Below are positions 18,001-25,675 of a stretch of DNA of 54,284 bases, piece by piece (position 1 is the first letter of the stretch; every line of letters starts with the position of its first letter). The notes under the pieces are model-generated. The model was not told the origin of the DNA. It made no database searches and was given only the letters and a program-made list of their open reading frames with translations. Source of the DNA: Pseudomonadota bacterium (GTDB lineage Bacteria > UBA10199 > 2-02-FULL-44-16 > JBDRGF01); NCBI GenBank assembly GCA_043818055.1, contig JBDRGF010000020.1:1-54284 (forward strand), read 5' to 3'. The position numbers and the translations under genes were made by a program.

Positions 18001-20042
18001 CCGAAAACCCTGATCTTATGGAGATTGTCGGGGAACTGGAAAAATTGCACAATTTTCTCGACAAGGAGGTGGATCGCGTAATCAGGATTGCCGATTATAT
18101 GCGCGATATGAATAAGGTTAAGAATATCCCCGAACATCTCTCTCAAAATTTTAGCGATCTCAAAAACCTGTTGTACAATCTGACTGATGTCATTTTCAAT
18201 TCATGCTCCGCTGACATCATCGACCTCTTTGATCGCTTTCACACAGACTACGTGAAGTGGTATTGCGACGAGCACAAAAAGACTTTTGATAAGGAACGTT
18301 TTGAACAGTTTGAAAATATTCGATCCTCCCGGAAATTTCGAGCCCTGGCAACTGTAGAACAGATTTCAGGAATTCACCTGGTCGACAGCGCATCTGCTTT
18401 GAATCAGCGAATAGGCAGTATGCTTGCCCTTCGTTGTACCAGAACACCCTCCCCGGAACTTCGCCTGAAGCCCTTTTGTTCATGCGGATTTGTGCCGGGA
18501 GAATCCATAGAGTTCGATCAGATACCTGCAATAGAGAACATGCTAAATTCCGGCATCGAAGAGGCAATCAGGATATTTTCGGGAGGCGGAATTCAGGAGA
18601 GGATCGTCTCAAGAATTTCAGCATTGCGAGATATCAACCATGACGAAGCAGTACAACTGAAAGACTTTTTTGAGCGCGTCAGAGCCGGCTTGAGCGTTGA
18701 ATCCTTTGTTAATATTATGACACCAAATTTAGCCCGTCTGTTAAATGATGCACTTCATCGCAAAGTTACGATTGTCAATCGAAGCATCGATATCCTTACC
18801 GACAGATTGAAAGGAAGACGTCTTCCACCATCCCGCGTGCGTGGTATCGTGGAGGAGTGGCTGGGAAAACATGAAGGAGAAGAAGTTCTTATCGATATGA
18901 CGGATGATAATCAAAAAGCCGCAAAGCACGATATCAATTCATCGTTGTTAGCCTGGATTGAGGATCATAAGCTGGATGAAATGAATTCGCGAATGGCATT
19001 GATGATTCCGGCAGATGTGGAGATGAATCCGGATGGCGGAGAGTTCGAAGTTGACGACGCGTATTTGCAAAAGATGTGTGAGTTGGTTAAACTTGCAAAA
19101 GCAAGTGGAGATGAATGCATAAAGCTGTTGCAAATTGAGAGGCGATACTCCCGATTCGCATGGGAAATAGCAAAGAGGCTCTCATGGCATCTTGTCGACG
19201 GCTGGCGTTATGATAATAAAATTGAATCTGTCTCTCATTTCGAAGAGGTAAACAGGTGGATCGATAAAACAGTTTATGCAACGCGTAAATTCATTCCTGG
19301 AACGATCGAAGATTTAGTTTTGAGTGAAAAAGAGAGGGCGTGTGCGCTATCATATGTTGAAGAAGTATACTACAGCGCTGGAAATATCACTTCGGTCGAG
19401 ATGGATAGAATCCGGTCATGCGCGATGACAGCAATGACAAAGTGCGATGAAGTCTTCGCAACGCTCCCCGGATGGAATATTAAATTCGAGGATATCAATA
19501 CCAGATTTAAAAGTTGTGTTTTTATTTTTGTCGACGGCGCCAGGTGGGATCTGATCAGGCGATTTAAGGATATGATGGAGAAGCTCACAGGGCGCAAATT
19601 AATGGAAGAATATTGGGGAAGGGTGATCGAAGCATCAACGATCGCATGGAAGAAGGCGATGTTCGGAAGCGATGACCCTGACACTATTCAGCTCTGCCTT
19701 AAAAAAAATGACATGGTATTTTGGAGTGAGGTGGAGTCAGCTCAAACCCGCCTAAAAATTCGTGAGAGCGAACCGTTAGAACGCGCATGGCTTCAGCTGA
19801 ACCTCGTCGACCGGATGATCCATTCAACCTCGTTACCGCTCCATCGAATCTTCGAAGAGGCGAAAAAAGAGTTTACAGAAATTATAACCGACATCTCGCA
19901 ACATATTCCAAAGAACCGGCCAATCGTCATGCTCACCGATCACGGTTTTTCCGAACGCTCTCAAAGGAGCTCTTCTCCGAGGTATCATCACAGCTCATCC
20001 AACCCCTCCGACACAGTAGCGTCAATGATGGTTTTTTCATAA
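15042..20042 (+). CDS. DUF6079/BrxC(PglY)-like P-loop ATPase fused to a C-terminal PglZ-like alkaline-phosphatase-superfamily domain
   Basis: Walker A GTYGSGKS, Walker B IVIDELSEF, LGE..SLQ..KIKDRY, YPIHP, Zn-ribbon-like C..PFCSCGF; C-terminus FIFVDGARWD, VDRMIH, LTDHGF, RYHH. Start may be ATG 15060. Confidence 0.78.
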   Translation: MVTSPAMTLTIRQVIDVPIVETVVRLADTAVSTRRENLVREFVLTRQVERNLSALSQSIKEAKGRGYFLLGTYGSGKSHLLSYISLVASGEVEVKNKACPLCVALGKKRFLPVRISLISVRGKKPLEDAVLEGMQRALRSCGSAINLTRRAKFLEYVDTAIRPLDSKGLDTYLIKHSLAPWKELLNDEERAATAAWGYLRTLSTQPMVPDPAPESLLKSAIDETRARSFDGMMIVIDELSEFLRSKPSRALLSDDARYLQLLGEISQSEPLWIVASLQDAIEQTGDIARDVIQKIKDRYPVRLMLDERHIRELIDGRLIKKQNGFRDKIRDVWQSFRETLPGFDPDFETFFRIYPIHPDTIRYLENLSPLLSAQRGVVDFIVTQVRGNKEKGVTGIMDEPLDSLITVDKIYEHFCERIREDTRFSEFDTKVRRDIHRTIEQIFDDDHDKQLARRACDVLILNEIASLEKPKSVSELAKILLSKVTSISPQSNEEYLSDVILMPLHKKSLFLHCDKKDRAGEHVFRVTLERDKRGLFQKELNRVLSGVSKEDLRVIRKACQMIDSQLPFKDLLRGEKTELLISWRGTQRKGIVCWAENADLDDIEHMIDESDCDFGLLISPNKTLSEVKIPKNLLLWVPQWKDEELLSLRNYYGALSLSEENSQAGVEEAVRLEAKTAVEENSPKIAHIVECAFKRGEFFSSVFDKPLPADGTRDVGTNFMERCASSAILKLLENRHPRFLEVAPQIDFISRRILSPLIDAILSPGRISMAAARKNHTLHMIEGVLVPMGLARASGSSFVIHLDPAVSHLVREVMQMVDGGENKISKVLDNFRKGPYGLTSDLAALLIVTMVRGGLIELLKGTRRIPSAIVNFTHMDEADEIQAGELIQGELRERFFKDGILCRFADRTHFSLIAQRDGWEQLITHRDRFKKMAGEISPKISELSSYPLFDSFDFDRVRSLLEHGEEGFDKVNDKLSSSRGLEKYLSTENPDLMEIVGELEKLHNFLDKEVDRVIRIADYMRDMNKVKNIPEHLSQNFSDLKNLLYNLTDVIFNSCSADIIDLFDRFHTDYVKWYCDEHKKTFDKERFEQFENIRSSRKFRALATVEQISGIHLVDSASALNQRIGSMLALRCTRTPSPELRLKPFCSCGFVPGESIEFDQIPAIENMLNSGIEEAIRIFSGGGIQERIVSRISALRDINHDEAVQLKDFFERVRAGLSVESFVNIMTPNLARLLNDALHRKVTIVNRSIDILTDRLKGRRLPPSRVRGIVEEWLGKHEGEEVLIDMTDDNQKAAKHDINSSLLAWIEDHKLDEMNSRMALMIPADVEMNPDGGEFEVDDAYLQKMCELVKLAKASGDECIKLLQIERRYSRFAWEIAKRLSWHLVDGWRYDNKIESVSHFEEVNRWIDKTVYATRKFIPGTIEDLVLSEKERACALSYVEEVYYSAGNITSVEMDRIRSCAMTAMTKCDEVFATLPGWNIKFEDINTRFKSCVFIFVDGARWDLIRRFKDMMEKLTGRKLMEEYWGRVIEASTIAWKKAMFGSDDPDTIQLCLKKNDMVFWSEVESAQTRLKIRESEPLERAWLQLNLVDRMIHSTSLPLHRIFEEAKKEFTEIITDISQHIPKNRPIVMLTDHGFSERSQRSSSPRYHHSSSNPSDTVASMMVFS

Positions 20043-20075
20043 AACTTAAGACTGACAACTGATAACTGATTATCA

Positions 20076-20792
20076 TTACATCGCTATCTCTTTGAGGATT
20101 TGCTTCACAACGGCCCTTGGATCTTTGGCATGAACGACTGGGCGACCTACGACAAGGTAGTCGGCCCCTGCTGCGATGGCCATGACGGGGGATGCAATTC
20201 GTCTCTGATCCTGCGCGTCACTTCCGATTGGCCTGACACCGGGAGTGACAATAATGAATTTATTGCCACAGGCATTTCTAATCGGTCTGATCTCTAAGGG
20301 AGAGGCCAGAACACCATCTAAGCCAGTCTGTTGAGCGAGCTTTGCAAGCCTCACCACCTGATCCCTGACCTCAAATTGTACACCGATATCCCCCAGCGTA
20401 TCCATGCTGGTCAAAACTGTCACTGCTATCATCTTAGGAGCCTTTGCTTTGCCGCCGGCTGTGTAATGAGCCATCTCGACTGCGCGCCTTAACATCTCCG
20501 TTCCACCCGAGGCGTGAACAGTGAGCATCCTTACGCCGAGCTTGGTAGCAAGACCAACAGCCTGAGCTACCGATGAAGGTATGTCGTGATATTTGAGATC
20601 CAGAAAGACATCGCAACCGTTGTCCTTTATCATCTTGATAACATCGGGACCTAAAGCTGTGTATGTCGGCATGCCGACCTCAAAGATATGCACATCGTCC
20701 TTGAGAAGATTTACGAGACCCTGAGCCTGCTTCATAGATTCTGACAGCAAAGTTACAATCAAGCGATCTTTGTCGGACTTTGGTTTTGACAT
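20076..20792 (-). CDS. pyrF: Orotidine-5'-phosphate decarboxylase
   Basis: FLDLKYHDIP, TVHASGG, VTVLTS, VTPGVRP, VVGRP. Confidence 0.96.
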   Translation of the reverse strand: MSKPKSDKDRLIVTLLSESMKQAQGLVNLLKDDVHIFEVGMPTYTALGPDVIKMIKDNGCDVFLDLKYHDIPSSVAQAVGLATKLGVRMLTVHASGGTEMLRRAVEMAHYTAGGKAKAPKMIAVTVLTSMDTLGDIGVQFEVRDQVVRLAKLAQQTGLDGVLASPLEIRPIRNACGNKFIIVTPGVRPIGSDAQDQRRIASPVMAIAAGADYLVVGRPVVHAKDPRAVVKQILKEIAM

Positions 20793-20793
20793 G

Positions 20794-22584
20794 TCACCCC
20801 CTTTGCGTACGGCGTATTGCGTACGGCGTATCGCGTGATAAATACAAGACTTTATTCGCCGTACGCCGTACGCTGTACTCTTTTTTTACCCAGCTTATGA
20901 CTTCATCCGGTTTCAATTTCGTCACTTCCCCTGTTGCGCGACGTTTCACCTCGACCACTCCATCTTTCAGACCTTTGCCTCCAATTACTATCTGATATGG
21001 GATGCCTATCAGGTCGGCATCGGCGAATTTCACACCCGCCCTCTCCTCCCTGTCATCAATGAGGACTTCGATATTTGAAGAGAGTGCATCTTCATAAATT
21101 TTTTCTGCAACTTTCATCACCTCTCCCTTTGTATCGAGAGGGATGATATGAACATGGAATGGAGCGATTGGGATTGGCCATATCATGCCGCGGTCATCGT
21201 GATTCTGTTCGATCGCAGCGGCTGCTGTTCTGCTGATACCTATGCCGAAGCAACCCATCTCGATGAGACTCTCAGCTCCGCTTTCATCGAGATATTTAGC
21301 GTTCATCGATTTCGAATATTTCGTTCCAAGATAGAAGACCTGCCCGACCTCTATTCCCCTGTGCTCCTTCATGGTGCCGTCACATCTTGGACAATCATCG
21401 CCATCGAGCGCCCTTCTTATATCCGCAAACTTCGTAACCGCAAAATCCGAAAGGTTGACGCCTTTCAGATGCGCATCTTTCTTGTTCGCACCGACTATAA
21501 AATCGCGCATCATAGCAACTTCGTAATCAGCTATTATCGGAATTTTTAAACCGATGGGGCCTGCAAAACCGACCGGCGCGTTTGTTGCCTTTTTCACGAC
21601 CTCTTCATCGATCGAAAGATGACAGAACTCAGCAGAGAGGGCTTCTTTGAGCTTCGACTCTTTCACCGATCTGTCGCCGCGCACCATCGCGGCCACAACA
21701 CCCCTATCAGTTTCAAATATCAAAGTCTTCACCAGATCTTTTGGAGTCACCTTGAAGAAACGGCTCACATCCTCGACCTCTTTGCAATTTGGCGTATCGA
21801 CAGATTCATATTTTGAGCCCTTTTTTTCGTTTCCCTCTTTGATAAGCGCTTCCAGATTTTTGGGAGCTCTTAATTCAGCCTTCTCGACATTTGCGGCGTA
21901 GTGACATTTTTCGCATGCGACGATCTCATCCTCTCCCGATTCGGCCAGCACCTGAAATTCATGGGAGAGCGATCCCCCGATGTTTCCCGTCATCGCCTCG
22001 ACCGCCCTGAACTTTAAGCCACACCTTGAAAAGATTCGTTTGTAGGCATCGTACATCAACTGATATGTTTTTTTCGCGCTCTCTTCGTCCCGGTCAAATG
22101 AATAGCCATCCTTCATTAGAAATTCGCGACCACGCATGAGTCCGAATCGCGGACGTATCTCATCGCGAAATTTCGTCTGTATCTGAAAGCAGTTCTTCGG
22201 AAGATCCCTGTAAGACCTGATCTCGTTTCGCAAGAGATCAGTGATCACCTCTTCGTGCGTGGGACCGATGCAAAAATCGCGATCGTGGCGATCCTTGATG
22301 CGCAACAGCTCCTTACCATAGATATCCCATCTACCTGATTCGATCCAGAGCTCTGATGGTATAATGATCGGCAGAAGAAGTTCCTGCGCGTCGCTTGCGT
22401 TCATCTCCTCGCGCACTATATTTTCAATCTTGTGGAGAACTCTCAGGCAAAGGGGAAGATAACTGTAGATGCCGGCTGCAACTTTTCTTATGAACCCAGC
22501 TCGCACCATCAGCTGGTGGCTTATTATCTCCGCCTCGGCAGGCGCTTCCCTTAAAGTTGGAATCAACATCTTCGAATAACGCAT
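20794..22584 (-). CDS. proS: Proline--tRNA ligase (bacterial type with editing domain)
   Basis: PTLREAPAEAEIISHQLMVRAG, GPTHEE, FRDEIRPRFGLMRGREF, GIEVGQVF, GCFGIG, GVKFADADLIG. Confidence 0.98.
   Translation of the reverse strand: MRYSKMLIPTLREAPAEAEIISHQLMVRAGFIRKVAAGIYSYLPLCLRVLHKIENIVREEMNASDAQELLLPIIIPSELWIESGRWDIYGKELLRIKDRHDRDFCIGPTHEEVITDLLRNEIRSYRDLPKNCFQIQTKFRDEIRPRFGLMRGREFLMKDGYSFDRDEESAKKTYQLMYDAYKRIFSRCGLKFRAVEAMTGNIGGSLSHEFQVLAESGEDEIVACEKCHYAANVEKAELRAPKNLEALIKEGNEKKGSKYESVDTPNCKEVEDVSRFFKVTPKDLVKTLIFETDRGVVAAMVRGDRSVKESKLKEALSAEFCHLSIDEEVVKKATNAPVGFAGPIGLKIPIIADYEVAMMRDFIVGANKKDAHLKGVNLSDFAVTKFADIRRALDGDDCPRCDGTMKEHRGIEVGQVFYLGTKYSKSMNAKYLDESGAESLIEMGCFGIGISRTAAAAIEQNHDDRGMIWPIPIAPFHVHIIPLDTKGEVMKVAEKIYEDALSSNIEVLIDDREERAGVKFADADLIGIPYQIVIGGKGLKDGVVEVKRRATGEVTKLKPDEVISWVKKEYSVRRTANKVLYLSRDTPYAIRRTQRG
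20805..20878. repeat. Heptamer-repeat (CGTACGG-type) inverted element inside the proS 3' end
   Basis: GCGTACG GCGTATT GCGTACG GCGTATC, AT-rich loop, then GCCGTAC GCCGTAC GCTGTAC; same family at 34832-34909. Confidence 0.75.
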
Positions 22585-22587
22585 CTC

Positions 22588-23643
22588 TTATACCTCAAAC
22601 CTTTCTATCTCATCGATGAGCATCTTTTCGATCTCTGACTCTTTACATTTTGCGACGATTTTTCCCTTTCTAAAAATTATCCCTTGCCCTTTGCCACCTG
22701 CGACTCCGATGTCGGCCTCTTTGGCCTCACCGGGGCCATTGACAACACAACCCATGACAGCGACGGTGATAGGCTTTTTTATCGACGACATCCTCTCTTC
22801 GAGCCTCATGACAAGCCCCGGGAGATCGTATTCCATCCTGCCGCATGTCGGGCAGCTGATGAGCTCCGGGGTAATTCTTTTTCTCAAACCCAGCGAGGAG
22901 AGCATCTCATATGCAACCCTCACCTCTATCACAGGATCCGCTGTGAGAGAGATCCTTATCGTATCGCCGATCCCCTCCGCCAAAAGCATCCCTATCCCAA
23001 GGCTCGATTTGACAGTGCCAGAGAGCATCGTGCCCGCCTCTGTGACTCCAAGATGCAGCGGGTAATCGACTCGTTTTGAGATGAGGCGATATGCGGATAT
23101 CGTATCGAGAACACTTGAGGCCTTCACAGAAATTTTTATCGCTGTGAAACCGACCTCTTCTAAAATTGCAACCTGTTCCAAAGCAGATTCGACAAGCGCT
23201 TCAGGTGTGGGGCCTCCAAATTTTTCTAAATACTTTTTTAAAACTGAACCCGAATTTGAACCGACCCTGATCGGAGCCCCTTTATCCAAAACTGCCTTTG
23301 CAACTTCGAGAACTCTTGATTTGCTTCCGATATTTCCAGGGTTGATTCTCAATCCATCGGCACCTGATCTCAAAGACTCTAAAGCTAATTTGTAATCAAA
23401 ATGAATGTCGGCGATAAGAGGAATCGTGATCCCCTTCTTAATATCGAAGATCGCCTTTGCCGCTGCCTCATCGACAACTGCAACGCGAGCGATCTCGCAG
23501 CCGGCATCTTCAAGACGCTTGATCTGCGCGACTGTGGCTTCCACATCACGGGTGTCCGTGTTCGTCATAGACTGGACGACGACGGGGGCAGCACCGCCTA
23601 TCGAAACATCTCCGACCTTTATTTTTCTAGTCTTGTTTCTCAT
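22588..23643 (-). CDS. ispG: 4-hydroxy-3-methylbut-2-en-1-yl diphosphate synthase
   Basis: VQSMTNTDT, ADIHF, RINPGNIG, PLHLGVTEAG, ISCPTCGR, MGCVVNGPGE. Confidence 0.98.
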   Translation of the reverse strand: MRNKTRKIKVGDVSIGGAAPVVVQSMTNTDTRDVEATVAQIKRLEDAGCEIARVAVVDEAAAKAIFDIKKGITIPLIADIHFDYKLALESLRSGADGLRINPGNIGSKSRVLEVAKAVLDKGAPIRVGSNSGSVLKKYLEKFGGPTPEALVESALEQVAILEEVGFTAIKISVKASSVLDTISAYRLISKRVDYPLHLGVTEAGTMLSGTVKSSLGIGMLLAEGIGDTIRISLTADPVIEVRVAYEMLSSLGLRKRITPELISCPTCGRMEYDLPGLVMRLEERMSSIKKPITVAVMGCVVNGPGEAKEADIGVAGGKGQGIIFRKGKIVAKCKESEIEKMLIDEIERFEV

Positions 23644-25003
23644 CCCGCCCCTTCTTCTTCAAAAATTTAAACCGATAGATGACTAACGGAATAGCACACA
23701 ATATGAGGATCAGGGAGACTTTAAATTTTCTAAGTGGCATCATCGAACAACTCCCTCCTCCGTCCGGCGGTGTAGCTGCACTCTTCGTATCGTCAACCTT
23801 TTCCTTCCCAAGGACGCTCGCGCAGGGATTAGTAGTGTTCACCTTTATGACATCCATCTCGATCGTCTCGCCACCTGTGCCACACGAGACTGTGGAATTT
23901 CCATCCTTATCTGATATCAATCCACCTGTGAACCCCTGTGGAGGATTTGTTATCGGCTCAAAGCTCGACTCATACGATCCGACGAATTGAGATGCTATCG
24001 GCTCATACGTCACCTGATACTTCTTTCCAGGTTTAATTCCGTACAGATAATATTTTCCCTTTCCTGCGCACTCCTTCCAAAAAGAGCCTGAGACATTTGA
24101 TCTCGCATCCGACTTCGCGGTTGATGTCCCCTCACCGACCTGACGCGCTATTACATTCACACCTGAAAGGCCGATGCTATCAGCATCCAAAAGCTGTCCC
24201 GTTATGACACAAAAGGACTTTTTAAAATCATCGGTAGGATATATAGATGATAGAGCTACCTGGTCATCCATGTTGAGATTCGCCTGCAAAAAGGTCTTGA
24301 GCTCAGGATACATAGTTGAAATATATTGCGCGCCATCACAGACACCATTCAGATTGCAATTTTCCGCCTCACTCAAATTGACCTGAGTATGATCCAGATT
24401 CAGCAGGTGACCCATCTCATGAGTGATAAGTGCTTTAAAATTATTCTCGATCTGAGTCTGTTCACTCGCAGTACTGGCTTTAGAGAGAGAATCGCATAGC
24501 ATTTTTCCATTCAATATCGATATCCCTCTCAATATTTTTTTGTCAGAATTATCGGAAAAGGTCGGAGTGGTAAGCCCTCCTATTGAATCTACATCATAGC
24601 CTAACAAAGAGATGATCGAACCGTCGGCATCGAAAACTATCACGCTAGGGCCTGCATTTGATTGAAAGTAATTCTGAAAATTTGTGTCATCTATATCACT
24701 GACATCTGTAACAGTCCCTGAATAGACAACTATCAATAGGCTCGTCTTCAGCTCCGGCTTATCAACAGCCGGCTTTATGAGAACATCGTTCCATGTGGCA
24801 GCGGCCTCCTTTATCCAATCGGTCGCCTTTTTATTGTCGACATTCGTGCATAACTTTCCAGGATCAGCGTAGATCACGACAGAATCATCAGCCCACCTCT
24901 GCGCAAGCCCTGAGTTGTCGCTGTAAACAATCATAGGACCGCCAGCCTGCAACATTTGTGGAAAAAGAATTAGAAAGAACAAAACTTTTAAAAAGCTCTT
25001 CAT
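23627..25003 (-). CDS. Secreted matrixin-like (metzincin) metalloprotease with C-terminal CTERM-type anchor
   Basis: Signal peptide; HEMGHLLNLDH and STMYP Met-turn; beta-rich middle domain; GGGSCSM + TM + basic tail. Confidence 0.8.
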   Translation of the reverse strand: MKSFLKVLFFLILFPQMLQAGGPMIVYSDNSGLAQRWADDSVVIYADPGKLCTNVDNKKATDWIKEAAATWNDVLIKPAVDKPELKTSLLIVVYSGTVTDVSDIDDTNFQNYFQSNAGPSVIVFDADGSIISLLGYDVDSIGGLTTPTFSDNSDKKILRGISILNGKMLCDSLSKASTASEQTQIENNFKALITHEMGHLLNLDHTQVNLSEAENCNLNGVCDGAQYISTMYPELKTFLQANLNMDDQVALSSIYPTDDFKKSFCVITGQLLDADSIGLSGVNVIARQVGEGTSTAKSDARSNVSGSFWKECAGKGKYYLYGIKPGKKYQVTYEPIASQFVGSYESSFEPITNPPQGFTGGLISDKDGNSTVSCGTGGETIEMDVIKVNTTNPCASVLGKEKVDDTKSAATPPDGGGSCSMMPLRKFKVSLILILCAIPLVIYRFKFLKKKGRDEKQD

Positions 25004-25006
25004 GGA

Positions 25007-25600
25007 TTAATCCTTCTCCTTCAAATTCGTAACGATATTTTCAAACTCATCCAAAGAGATCGGGCCAGCGCTCTTTAAGCTAATACCCTTTCCGACTTTT
25101 GTGGTAGGCACATCTTTGAAGAGACCTTTGTTATTATAGATATTTCTGACCTCTTTCGTATTTCCCTTCGTAGTAACATCGAACTTTCCATGTCCTAAGC
25201 CGATGGGCGATCTCAGCCCCCATTTTGATTCAGGAGTCAGAAAGAGCATGTATTCGCTGCCGGCTAAAAACTTCGGCGCGCCGATGACAAATGGCTGATG
25301 CTGAATAATCGATTTCTCTTTATCTCCACCTGCCATCATAAATACAAATTCCTCACCCTGTTTTAGCGTTCCCTTGAGCACCTTGCCAACCGTGAATGTG
25401 TATTTGGTTGCGTCGAGACCGTTTGGGAATAGAGCCTTCAAAATTGTCACCCCTTCACTCTTGATACACTTCCCTTCGAAAATAACATCTGCGCGATCGG
25501 TCATCTGTTCCAGATTGACAGGAAAGGATTGAGTCGAAAAAGCCACCTCTGAATTTACAAATAAAAAAAGTAACAAAAAACAGTATTTTACAAACCTCAC
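25007..25600 (-). CDS. Secreted hypothetical protein coupled to the matrixin gene
   Basis: Signal peptide; NLEQMTDRADVIFEGKC..VLKG..PKFLAGSEYMLFL..GLGHGKF; GTG start with AGGAGG SD; 3 bp from the protease start. Confidence 0.75.
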   Translation of the reverse strand: MRFVKYCFLLLFLFVNSEVAFSTQSFPVNLEQMTDRADVIFEGKCIKSEGVTILKALFPNGLDATKYTFTVGKVLKGTLKQGEEFVFMMAGGDKEKSIIQHQPFVIGAPKFLAGSEYMLFLTPESKWGLRSPIGLGHGKFDVTTKGNTKEVRNIYNNKGLFKDVPTTKVGKGISLKSAGPISLDEFENIVTNLKEKD

Positions 25601-25675
25601 ACACCCTCCTTTATCGCGGAATAACCCAAAGAAGCTTGTAATTTAAAAGAATTGGCAAGTCAATTGAACAAAAAT

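Noticed and set aside
7505..20042. Canonical BREX, DISARM or Zorya system
   Set aside because: No methyltransferase, BrxA/B/L, DrmA/B/C or ZorA/B-like genes are recognisable.
25611..25640. Fourth copy of the sigma28-like motif upstream of 25600
   Set aside because: Has CGCGATAA but no GCAACTTT at the right spacing, and it abuts the SD.
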